Source: Hyphochytrium catenoides
Lineage: Eukaryota; Protista; Hyphochytriomycota
Assembly (NCBI GenBank): GCA_900088475.1
Contig: FLMG01003947.1
Span: 1-64,000 of the forward strand
Length of the DNA: 64,000 nucleotides
Direction of reading: 5' to 3'
Position numbers and translations under genes: made by a program. How positions within the stretch are numbered: position 1 is the stretch's first letter; each line of letters opens with the position of its first letter. Under the pieces are notes generated by a model, which was given only the letters and a program-made list of their open reading frames with translations, searched no databases and was not told the origin of the DNA. Positions 12,966 to 24,772 of the stretch are shown here, one piece after another.

Positions 12966-13649
12966 AGCCCCCAGATGTCCAGTCCAGCCCACGCTTCAAC
13001 ATTGCTCTTCAGGGCGGTAACGGCTAGGAATAGAGCAGCATTAGGTCTACCATAAAAAGACTGAACCAGTAGAGGCTCTGAGAGTAAGGGGAGCCAAGAT
13101 AGTCGCTAACGCTAGAATCGACTGATCAGAATCAGCAACATTCTGTACTTGTACGCCAAAAGATCTATCAGAACCAGAAAGGCGTGGAAGGATTTACACC
13201 CAAGATCGCCTCAGGATTCTTTCCCAACGGCCACTAGGACAAGGCTCGTGAGCTCCCACAGCGAGGTTAAGCCTTGAGCGCGCTTCAGTATAGACATTGG
13301 ATAGGATAGTCTGAATCTCTTTGAGCCAATAGGATCTAAACGTTGGTTTAGGCCTCGAATGTCAGGAGGATCTCCGTCAAATTGGCGGTGTTTCAGAAGC
13401 TTTACCACTCTGGGTAGGTGCTGCAAGCGAGACTAGAAAAGGTGATTGTTATTGCAGATAATGTCCATACCATGCACTGACACAGAACTGCGTAGACGTG
13501 GCCGCACTGCTTGTCCTCCTGCTGCTACTCTCTCTTGACGCTTTGATCTCACCAATTTCAAATTCGGTACGTCTCCTCAAGAGCACAGTGACCCCTTGAG
13601 GTCAGGTTCCGGCTCTAAGCCACTAAACTGAGAATTGTGGCAGGCTGAT

Positions 13650-16146
13650 ATGATGTCTGAACTAAGGGCTGCCGTCGAGTCAATTGTCCCAGCCCTCACT
13701 TCAACTTTGCACAAGGGACAGTCAGGTTAGTATGCTTAGCTACTACTCTCCTTCCCTGGACGCATCTTCTTATCATCACCTGGGCCTGCTTGGCTCTCTT
13801 GGGTTCACTCTTCGTGCCTGGCTCAAGAGATGGTTTCTTTCTTGTCATAGCACATATCTGTTGTTTGCTGGTGCCACATCTACGAAGGATAGTTGCGCCG
13901 TCCAGGTGTTTATCTCCTATCTTTTACACGCCTTTGGCGCTCATTGATGATTGCCTCAACGTTGGCTTTCAGGCAAGATCGCTGTGCTAGGTGGAAGTTT
14001 TGAATACACTGGAGCTCCCTACTATGCGGGGATGTCTGCTCTCAAGATGGTCTCTCACGCTTATGATCCCTTTGTAGAGCTTGACGACAAATTGAACGCT
14101 AACTTTACCTGCTCACTGTTCATACTTCTCTCCGTTCCCCCTTCTTACTGCCCATGTCTGTATCTCTCTATTGATGTCGCCATCCTCCAGGGCGCTGATC
14201 TAGCTCACATCCTTTGTGCTGAGGAGGCAGCGATCCCGATAAAGAGCTATTCGCCGGAGCTCATAGTGCATCCTGTGCTCAAAACGGCCGCGAGAGAGAG
14301 GCCAACTGGTGAGTTGCAAGCTCATGACTGACCATTCGTCAAACTCGTCCTTGCAGGCCGGTCATCTATCTCTCGGGTGAATTGTCTCATCGTTTCGCTT
14401 GCCCCTTGCGACTTCAAACGTGAAACAGCGGAGCAAACCCGAAACATAGTGTCTGAGGTCACAGAGAGAGTGATGGCGATCCTCCCACGATTAGACTCTT
14501 TGGTAAGGCACGGCATGGAGGGAGAGCATCATCGTACCACCACGTATGAGCTACGCAAGCTTCTGGGACAGAGTGATTATTAGCTCACCAGGGTTTCACC
14601 TAACTTTGCCTCGAAGGTCATTGGCCCCGGAATGGGAAGAGATCCTCTCGTTCTGGAGTCGGTTGAGAGCATTATTCGCGCTTGCAAAGAGAAAAAATTT
14701 CCCCTTGTCATAGATGGAGATGGGCTCTTCCTTCTGGCGTCTAAACCTCAGCTTATCAAGGGCTATGAGAATGCTATTTTGACGCCCAACGTGGTAAGAC
14801 CTGTAAGGAAAGGGGCACAAATGATAGAGGGACGGAAGAGGAAGGATACATAGTCCGCCCACGCACAAGCTTGGTGGAATCGCTGTAAAGACACTTTCGC
14901 TATCGGCCGATCAGACGAGAGGGTGAGCCTTCGGAACACGCCATCGTGATAACTTGGACTATGGCTGAACAGAGATGAGGGCAGTCACTAAACGGAAACG
15001 TGTAGCTAGATGAAATCATCAGCCCAGAATAGTGTTAGATATGGAGTTCTCCATAGAGCCAAACGCGAAAGTTAGGACTAGAAGCTGATACATTGTCGCA
15101 GATGGAGTACAAACGCCTTTCGGATGCGGTCAAGAAGCTGGAGCCAGAAGAAACCGCTGAAGCAAAGGACCAGGATCTCAAGCCGGCCATTCTCTCTACA
15201 TTGTAGGACACTATGCCGTTTTGTCCTCTCTACATTTTGTTAGAAACCTCTCATTCTTGTGGATACTCTTTGCGCTTCTCTTGACTCAATGTTACACACC
15301 TAAAGCTTCACGTCTCCCTTTCTCATCGCTATTTCTTTATCCAAATGACTAGACTAGGCAATGTGACCATCCTGCAAAAGGGAAAATGTGACACCATTGC
15401 AGCCGGAAAGATAGGTACGGGTTGATCTTTCGCACCTCCTGCCATGAAGACGCACTTGTTCCGCGGTATCTCCGTCTTATCTCCCTTTTCTGACGTACAA
15501 TGGCATTTGGGGCAAACCCTTTGTCGGAAGCTTTGTTGGTGTGCAACCACTCATGTCCCTCCCTTTCGATGGAGTTTTGCCTCTGTTTTGTTTGTATAAG
15601 TCTACTTCGTGACTAATGCTATCTGCGATCAAGTGGTTGAACAGTGTGAAGGAGGCTCACCAAGGAGATGTGGAGGGCAAGGCGATGTAAGGGCTCCTCT
15701 GCAAGCTGGTTGTATGAACTCTTGCATGGATTTTCTCATGGACTCCTGTTGCAGGTATTAGCGGGCAGTCTTGGAACGTTTCTTGCTTGGGCGCAGAAGA
15801 AAAGGTTAGTCTTTAGACAGACGTGATGTGATAACAAAGTGCTATGACTAAGATATGCACGGTTGTTTCAATCTAGGGATACCGTGAAGTATCCGGCCAC
15901 TCTGCTGGCTGCTTATGGCGCTTCGTTTGTTACAAGAGAAAGGTAAGAGCTGACGAGGGGAAAACAAGCGTTCGTTGTCCTGATGGAAGAAAAAAGTCTA
16001 TCCGAGAACGTGACATGCTTGTTCTTTCCAGTGCCACCGAAGCTTTCAAAGAGCATAAGCGGTCCATGACGACTCCTGACGTTATCTTACATTTGGGAAG
16101 CGTGATGGAGAAGAATTTTCCAGTAGATCTCACATCCAAAATGTGA
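13650..16146 (+). CDS. NAXD: ATP-dependent (S)-NAD(P)H-hydrate dehydratase (CARKD/YjeF-C), multi-exon
   Basis: HKGQSG|KIAVLGGSFEYTGAPYYAG, GADLAHILC..IKSYSPELIVHP, VIGPGMGRD, VIDGDGL, ILTPNV, ILQKG..D, GSPRRCGGQGD|VLAG, ending ...DLTSKM*. Confidence 0.95.
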
Positions 16147-16648
16147 GGTGCACGGGACTATCTGTGCTTGACGCAGGCTACTGACCAGTGGGAAGTCTTC
16201 AAGTCGATTATCATGATGCTTCTGGGTGAAGTGCTCCTCACTATTTGTCTGTCTTAGTTCCGGCTCTTAGCAACACAGTTACTTCTTCAAAACCTCTGCA
16301 AGACCGCGCGAGCCAGCGCACGAGTAGTTTAGCTAAGCACGAGTAGGTCAGCTAAGAATACAGCTTTCAGTCCACTATAGCGGGCCGAATTGGATCTCCT
16401 GATGTTCACACTGACACAAAGAGCAACTCACGCAGCGTAGGGCTTTCTCTCAACTACCTCCTCCACCAGCGATAGCAAGGTTGTATGGCTAAGAGTGACA
16501 TGAAACAATCTGCTCCTTGACAGGAAAGTAGAAGCTACCTCTAGACATCATCCATTATCTCGCCCCCCCAACGGTCATCTATTGGACGATGTCCTAAGAA
16601 CTTCTAATGAGCCCCTAACGATCCACCATAGAACAGATCCGCCAGCAG

Positions 16649-16804
16649 CTGGCCTAGCCTGCCTTAGCTGCTGCTGATGTCCTCATCGCTCCACCATCAT
16701 TCATCCTCGTCTTCAGCCTTCAGCACATGGCTAGCCTGCCTTAGCCTGCTGCTGATGTCCTCATCGCTCCACCATCATTCATCCTCATCTTCAGCCTTCA
16801 GCAC
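16649..16804. repeat. Two-copy ~78-bp tandem duplication (intergenic)
   Basis: ctagcctgccttagc..tgctgatgtcctcatcgctccaccatcattcatcctc(g/a)tcttcagccttcagcac repeated with few differences. Confidence 0.9.
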
Positions 16805-17301
16805 TTGGAAAGGCCCACGACAACTTCATAGAATCATTCTTATCGTCCTATGAATGACGCCTTTTCTCCATCATGAGCTATTTTTAAAGGGAGTGTATTG
16901 CTGCGCTTAACTATCCTCAAGAGTCAAGAACTAGGAAAGAAAGAGTACGCGATACCTTGGTTTGTCACCAATCATGTGAAATCTTTCGTAGGTTTCCTCG
17001 CGAAAGTCATGCAAAATCGGATCATTCTACATATATATGTGTCCTTCAATAGATGGGCAAGGAAGGAATCCTTCAACTGGAGGGATTCTTTCATTGCAAG
17101 AGGGCCATACATCGGTTCTCATGCTTTTGGTGGCTTTTGATCCTCGTTCGCAGAGCTCCAGCTCGGAGGCTCATCGATCGGCAACTCCCGCTCACTTTGT
17201 TCTTATCTGTCTTCACACTGTCGGTGAAAGGCAGTAGACGAGACGAGCTCGACGAAGGAGGCTGTATATTGGTGGCTTACGGCCTAGGTTGATAAGGGAC
17301 A

Positions 17302-20300
17302 ATGGATTCTACACCTCCCGGCCTTGAGGAGCTGTTGGCAGCTGACTTCACAGAAGGGCTTCGGACATGGTCAGAGCAGGAGAGAAGGAACTATTGCGAG
17401 GTACATCGACGTTTCTGAGATCTGGCATATGCTATTAACGCTGATTACATTTCTTGACTGTCTCCGTCCTGCTCGATCTCCTTACGGTCCTGCAGGAGAT
17501 CGGGGATATTCCTCTCTTTCAAGAGACCGTGAATCCCGATGACCCCATGGTAAGTAATGGGGAAGAGCTTAGCTCATACGCACTCGTCGAGTTGTCTTCC
17601 TGTCGTTGACACTACAGTTCAACCCATAACAGGTCCAAGCGCTTACCGCCCTTCAGTATGAGAATGAGACACCAGAGTCCTTGGCGTTGCACTTCAAACA
17701 GAAGGGAAATGAGATGGTTAATAACGCAAAGAAGCTAAATAAGTTGTACTGGAGAAATGCGCTCCAGTATTATACGGTAAGATGGAGGTGATAGAGAGAG
17801 GATGCCAGGAATAGACCTGAGTACTGAATGGACATAGTGGCAAACTTTGGCAGAGTCAGGGGAAGAGAACGATGGTTCCAACATAACTGGGAAAGGAAGC
17901 GTCATGGCGAAGAAAAAAGCTTAGAAGCAAAGACACCATAGAGATGTAACCAGGAGATCAGGGGAGATTGTGGAATAGACGAGTTAGCGCGGTGGAAGAA
18001 GGCAGTAAGAGCGAGATACAAGTACTTAGTTGGACTTCCTCCTTTCACCGTCTCATGAGGACTATCATCTCTACTTTTTTTGTCGCGCTTGTGATGTAGG
18101 AGGGGCTGGAGTGGCTCCAGAAAGCGCAGACGGCGGCTAAAGAGAAGGCTGAGAGAGGCGAATTGGTGGACGACGTCCGCGTGAAGGAGGAGAACGGAAA
18201 AGAAATGACACTTTCTGAACTACACTCTACGATCTTGTCCAATAGAGCTGCAGTTAACCTGGTGAGAGGAACGCACATAGAGGGAGACACAAGGAGGATG
18301 TACAGGAGATGACGAGTAGCAGTAGTAGTCAGTACTTGACACTCAGGAGGAAGAAGGAAAGAGGCAACAAAGAATGCAGCTGATTCTAAACAGCTTACAG
18401 GAAGAGAGGAAATGCCCACCTTCCTGGATGCTGGGTCAAGCTGTCCTTAAGAATCTCTTGTCGGCATCAGTCCTTTCCTCGCTCCCGATCATTGTCTCAT
18501 TACATCTTACCTGAAAATTGCTTAGGCACTCAAGAACTATCGTTCGGTCATCGATGATGCGCTACATTCGCTGTCCATCACCCCTCTCAATATCAAGTCG
18601 TGGTATAGACTCTGCAAAGCTTCACACGCACTTAAAAGGGATGCAGACACCGTTCGATACTGCGAAAAGGGACTCGAGATAGATCCAGATAACAAGGTGT
18701 GTCTCATCCCCACTCAAAGCCTTCATGCCTACCCATAGTTCCAACCTCTTCGACAAACTTTTGATGTACTTCCCTCCTATATCTTTCAAGTTTGTAGAAG
18801 TCTTGAGTCTCCTTCTCTCTTCTTTGCTTTTTTTCCTCTCCCATTTAAGCGCTCCAACTTGTAGGAGATAAAGAAGCTTCTTGAAGCATCACAGGAAGCG
18901 CTTCGACAGCAAGAAGAGCTGAAGGTCAGTAGAGCTCGTGTCCGTGTGGCTCCGTTGCTCTAACGAGAAATAAAACTCGGCCCTGGTAATAGAGGAAGAA
19001 AGATGCAAACCTTCGAGCCCACCGAGATAAAGTTGACAAAGTAAGCATTTTTCTGTTTTGTCCACCTGCAAGGGTTTGCTCATTGTTCTGTTGTCGCTAA
19101 CTCGCCACAACTATCTCTTCCCTTTGGCTTTGGATAGTACCGCAAGCTCTGTGAGCAACGGGGAATAAAGGTTGGCAAGGCAGCATTCTCAGACTCACGG
19201 ATAAAAGAGTATCAAGGGAAGGCATACTATGATGAGGTGGGCTCCTTGGTCTCCCTTTCCCTTTTATACTCGCTCTTCCTTCGGCCAAATATGGCAAAAC
19301 TTGTCTGACTTCCTCAAGCAGGAAGATCGTCAGATGCGTTGGCCTGTGCTATTTCTTTACGATGAGTACGGACAAAGCGATTTTATCGAAGGGATGGGGG
19401 AAGATGACAGGCTGAGAGAGCACTTGGAGGTACGTTTTCCTTGTTTCCCAAGCACAGAAGAGGCGTAGCGTGGCCGTGTGATGGCCATTAGGCTTATTGT
19501 TCGGGAACAGGATAGCGAAATCCATAGAAGAAGCAATTCTACATCATGACCCAAAGACATGACTCACGGCGGTGCCGTGCCCGTACATCAATATCTGCAG
19601 CTAATGTTTCCAGAAAAAGGGTCAAGCTGTGCTTGGGATGAGCGAGACGATTATAGGGCGTCCCGGCTGGTGATTCTGATGGAGGGAGAGTCTACGATGC
19701 AGCTGGAGGATGATGAGGATTGGTACAGAGAGTTTGAATGTGCGGCAGCTGAGCAGGTGAGAATCCACAATTCTCATCATACGCCAAAAGAAAGATGTGA
19801 GTGGCCCCAGCTCTTACTTTTAGCTGGCGAATATAGAAAAATATAACGCAAGAGAAGAAGAAGGAGAAGGAGCTGAAGAAAGCCATACATGAGGGCAAAG
19901 CTAAGGTAATTTTCTTCTCCCTGTCTACGGCTTGACTATCGCTCTGTCGACAGAACGTTCCTAACAATGAATGGCACCGCAGTGGTGGTTGGATGTCGAT
20001 CCTCTTTGCACCCTGAAGCAAGTACTCCAGCATCCTAAGTGCGTGGTCCCTGGGATTCCTATATTTAATGTCATGGTAGGCCTGCCCATGTGGTTCCTTA
20101 TCAAGGACTTTGTCCCACTTTTGTCTCTCACCCTAATCATGATCGTTCCATCTCTATGTCCATGGTTTAGCCTTGTACTTGGCCTATCTTCTCTTTCACA
20201 AGCCTAGTAGCTCTTGCCGCTTTCTCGTACGCAATATCCCTTAGCCCCTCTATGTTCTAGGTGCGGGACTCCAAGGTCCATCAGCTCTTCTGTGAGAAAT

Positions 20301-20701
20301 TCAAAGGAAGGATCCTCGCTCTCCCTGCTGATACGCGGAAGAAGATTAAGAATCAAGACAAAGTGTCACCTCCGAGTTCCATAGCCGGCACGGACGCCGT
20401 GGCACAAAGCCTTCGGTCCTGTCAGGGCGGATGCAGGAGGAGGGAGGCTAGCGAAGGGGAGTTCTCCTTGTGTGCTCGGTGTCAGGTGGCGTGCTATTGC
20501 TCGCGAGAATGCCAAAAGAAGNNNNNNNNNNNNNNNNNNNNNNNNNNNNNNNNNNNNNNNNNNNNNNNNNNNNNNNNNNNNNNNNNCTCTCTCCCCCCTT
20601 GCCTCTTCAACCTGTCCTATCAGACATCCCCCAGGACTGGTCATGATGGGGTGCTGTACAGTAAGAAAAACCACCACATACCGGAGATGCTGCAGCTCTA
20701 A
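17302..20701 (+). CDS. TTC4: TTC4/Cns1-like TPR co-chaperone with C-terminal MYND-type zinc finger; 3' end obscured by gap
   Basis: IPLF...ALTALQYENETPESLALHFKQKGNE..ALQYYT (TPR1), ILSNRAAVNL|ALKNYRSVIDDA..NIKSWYR (TPR2/3), wheel-domain motifs MRWPVLFLYDEYGQSDFIE, MFPE..WD..DY and VVPGIPIFNV, then CQGGC..CARCQVACYCSRECQKK into the gap. End coordinate is approximate. Confidence 0.85.
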
Positions 20702-20832
20702 CACATAGATCAGCTTGTTTTAGGCTCTGGTCAAAGTCCGATAGATAAAAATGAAGAATGTAACGCCCCAATTGGCTCCATCATCTCAGCCTTTCAAACA
20801 GCAGCATCAGAGAGACCGTGGGTGCTGCTGCC

Positions 20833-20992
20833 TTTCTCTCTCTCCTGCTCTCCCTCTCTCTCTCCCTCTCTTTCTCTCTCTCTCCACTCTTTCTCTTTCT
20901 CTCTCTCTCTCCTTCCCCCCCCCTCTCTCTCTCTTGTCTCTCTCTCTCTTGTCTCTCTCTCTCTTGTCTCTCTCTCTCTTGTCTCTCTCTCT
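20833..20992. repeat. (CT)n microsatellite with a 15-bp TCTCTCTCTTGTCTC sub-repeat
   Basis: Directly visible. Confidence 0.9.
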
Positions 20993-21695
20993 GTATTCTT
21001 TGCTCACTCCCAGTCTCCCCTCAACTCTTTCTTCCCCGCACTTACATCAGTCTGTTTCCTGCCCTCTCTACTCCTGTCTTCTTGTTCATTGAATCTTATA
21101 TAAGAGGAAAGACGTCTGGTCTTCATGCGCCTGTCTCTCTTCCGGTTCGTTCTTATTCTCTGTAGGACATAGAGACACTTTCAAAATGTAGCTCTTTGTC
21201 TTCCTTTCTTCCTCCCTCTTCTTAGCTCTGGGAGGATCTCGTTGCTTTCTCTGGCACATTTCTGCTCCAGGAAGAGGATCTGAAGCTCTCTTCTCTTCCT
21301 AGCTTCAACCTGTTACACCTTCTACGTCTTGTCTTCTTTAGAAAAAGGCGACAGTCTCCCTGGGAAGGCGTGAACACTATTTCTCTTATTCTTTCGCTTC
21401 TCTTCCTTTCAAACTTGTTCTCTAGCTCTGCTCCATCTGTATTGTTCCCCCTCTCTATTCTCCCTCTCCGTCAATTCTGAAGCTTTTTGCTCTTTAGAAG
21501 ATTGAACTTCGCTGCCTATCTGTACTGAGATTTGCGGATACACGGGAAACGGCAACCAGGAAGAGAGATAGAGTGGAAGAGCAAAAAGAGAGAGGGAGGG
21601 GGGCAACAGGACAAGGCATCTGGAGGTATCATTTGGGGAAGCGTCTAAGACAGTTAGTTGAAGACTAGCCGAGCTGCATAATTGGAGATAAAAAA

Positions 21696-23040
21696 ATGAG
21701 CGTCTTCGATCGTCTAACAGACCCGCGGACCTTCACTGGCGTCTATGCGAAGAGATTCGAAGGCGGAGATCCACGCATCAACCATGACACGCAGGTAGCG
21801 ACGAGGAAGGGGCTGCAGGCCGCCCTTCTTCATCTTACCCTAAGCCTTCTCTCTCCGCAAGCGCGCTCTCTGTCTGCTTTCCTGTGTTTCTCCGTAAACT
21901 CATTATCTTCATACCTTCTCTGCATGTTCACTCTCTCATCTTGCTTGGATCTCTTCCTCCTCCGTCCGGTCTCCGTCCCCAATACTCTTCTTTTACCTCC
22001 TTCCTTCTTCCTTTCTTCTTCCTTATTTAGTTGTCGCGTGCCACGGGGAAGACATTCGTAGGAGACACAAACACGAACACCGATCAAGTCTTCCATAACA
22101 TCAGCGACATGATGCGGCCCTATCTCAACTATGATCCTAGGTCCAGGAAGTAAGCGCTCCGCAATCTCCCTACCCAGTCTCTTTGTCACTTTATAATCTC
22201 TGGCGTAAAACCTCTTCTGTTCTCCCTCACTCTTCAGTCTCTCCCTCTTTCTCTGTGTGTCTCTTTTTGTCCCTCTGTCTCTCTCTCTCTCTTTTTCTCT
22301 CTGTTTCTCTCTCTCTGTTTCTTTCTCCTCCCCTCTCTTTCTCTCTCTCGCCACTGCTGCCAGACCTCCTACATTCTAAAAGCAGCTCACATGCCTTAGA
22401 GGCTCTGCCCTCCGCCCACTCACGGCATTAGCGTCACCGAGGCTGGCATTTTACATAATCTGAAACTCTTTCATGTGCGTTGTTCCGCTCTGTCTCTTCT
22501 TTGGCTGTGGTCAGGTCCCCACACAGAGAGAAGTCACCGCGTCGCTCCTCCGCTGCTGACTCTTCGTGCTGTTCAAAGCTGCAGAGTCCGAGTCCATCCT
22601 CTATCTTTACCTTCAAGCCCAACAGGGAGGAATCCGTGGCCGATTCAAACAAGGGTCTTCCTCCATCTCCTAAGAGTAAGAGCCAGCTCATTCTCCGCTG
22701 ATCTCGCGCTCTCCATATCATGACGATATCCTCTCTCTGTGTCGTCTACGTTTCCGAGTTTAAAGAAAGTAAAGTTTATCAGCTCTTTTCTTCTGTCTGC
22801 CTCCCTTGGGTCCTACTCAGTTTTGGGGATTGGTCCGCTGCTTTGCTATTCTCTTTGCTCTGTAGCTCGCTCAGAGCTCTCCTACTGGGAGGAGCACTTT
22901 CCCCTTTGTCTTTGGAGCTACTCCATGGGTCTTCCAAGGTCGTAGAGCTTCCCTGTCAGCAAACGCCCCTTCTCTCCTGTTCGTTCCTAGCGTCGCTTTT
23001 CTCCTGTCATTCCTTTCAATGCTCATTCTGTCTTTGACTC

Positions 23041-23083
<43 letters not shown>

Positions 23084-24362
23084 ACTTGTCTGTACAAACA
23101 GAAGGTCTACCTAAACGCGCAGCATGCTGCAGTCAGGTACTGAGCCACGGAACGCCATAAGTCCTGGCCCGACGCAGATCCTTTTAGCCCGTCCGTTGAT
23201 ATGCTATTTCTATTTTAACCATCTCCCATCTCTCTGTTGCTTGCGTTCTGTCTCTTTCTCTACCTCTGCAGTACGCTCCGAGACACATTCAGAGACGAGG
23301 TAAGCTTTATAAGGTCTACCACCAGCTGATTCAGCTGGCTGACCTCCCTCTTCTGTCTTGCCTTACTAACTGACTGTGTTTCGTTCATGCCCATCGCGGC
23401 GTTGCCATGCGTCCCACCTCGCCGGCTGACTCTGAAGACACGACGGAGTACAAGCCTCTACCTCCACCTGTGGAGAAGATGCTGAAGCTCGTCTTCAAGC
23501 TCTATGCAAACATGGGAAAGACGAAGTCCTCATATTTCAAGGCTGTACTCATGGGTAGGACCTCTACTATCTTACATCTTTCCATTCTCTCTTCTTGATG
23601 TCTCTCTCTTTCTCTGCCTCCAGAATAAAGTCCGGAGTCCGCACTCCCCTCCTTAATCGCCACTGTGATGTTATTCTTCTCTTCTCTCTCTCTTTCTCTC
23701 TAACGCTTGCTCGTTAACCATCTCTCCTTGCGATTGTGGTCCCTGCTGGCTCTAACTCCAATGGCTCCTCGTCAGTCACCATACCTAACCACTTACGCGC
23801 GTACCTCTGGTCCTAGATCACTTGAACTTTATGAAGCTTTGCCGAGAAGCGCCAGGCCTTCTTGCCCACTCCCTCACAGTGAATGCGGCTGACTTAGAGT
23901 TCGTGCGTGGAAAGAAGGCTCATGAGCGACAGATTGAGCTTCCTCAGCTTTTGGAGATCCTGAAGGCTATGGCCTGCATTAGATATCCAGAGGTAAGGAT
24001 AGGTGGTTCCGCTATCGTCTGCCTCCTGAGCGTAACATTGCTCTCTCTCTTCTCTGTCTTGTCTGTATCTGTCTTTGGACTCTCCTGAGCAACCCTTTGC
24101 GCCCTTTCTTCGACTCTAAATCTCGCTCTAGTTCGTCCCTGTCCTTCGGCTTCCCTTTCTTAGTTGACTAAAGAAGGTCTCTATACAGGAGCGTCCGGAA
24201 GAAGCTTACCACCGGGTCTTAATTGAGCATATCTTTCAAGTGCCTCCCCTTGCTGAGGCCCTCAGCTTACAGACTCCCTCATCGAACTCGTCTTGCAATG
24301 GGAAGGACGATAGAGGCGAACGAGCAGCAGCTATTGTAGACGCGGACACAGAGAGAGAGTGA
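21696..24362 (+). CDS. TPPP/p25alpha-like microtubule-associated protein (N-terminal partial p25alpha motif plus C-terminal p25alpha core), ~8 exons
   Basis: Exon 1 SVFDRLTDPRTFTGVYAKRFE matches the partial p25alpha consensus (V.DRLTD...YTG.H..RFD). Later exons give VFKLYA..LMD|HLNFMKLCREAPGLL..LTVNAADLEFVRGK..RQIELPQLLEILKAMA.IRYP, the p25alpha core. Intron phases allow one continuous frame to TGA at 24360-24362. Confidence 0.7.
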
Positions 24363-24772
24363 GACTCAGCAAGAGCGGCGGGTAAAGCTGAGTGATAGAA
24401 AGAAGGGATCGTACATACATTAACTATGCTTGTTTGTATATATAAAGCTTAGGATGTGCCAATTGGCGGCAAGCCTTATTTATCTCTCTCTGCCTTAGAA
24501 GGGCTATCTTTCACCGCTTAGTCTAAACTTTTCGAGGATAACAGGAGTCAAACAGGACCAAGAGAGGAAGGACAGACGATGAAGGAGGTGGGAATAACAG
24601 GTAGCAGAGAGAGAGAGAGGACAGGGAGAGAGAGGAGACTATTGGCCACGCACGAGAAGGCAAAATACTATAACGCTGGCTATTTTCTGCCAATGACGTG
24701 AAGGCTATGTACATAACAAAGAGGTGTGAGAGGGTAAGAGCTTCCCCTTGGGTGGACCGTCGGTCTTCCTCT

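Noticed and set aside
20634-20660. cag|GAC TGG TCA TGA TGG, read as MYND 'DW' followed by a recoded UGA
   Set aside because: TGA is an ordinary stop in other genes here, no MYND His/Cys follows in that frame, and the adjacent gap could hide the real exon.
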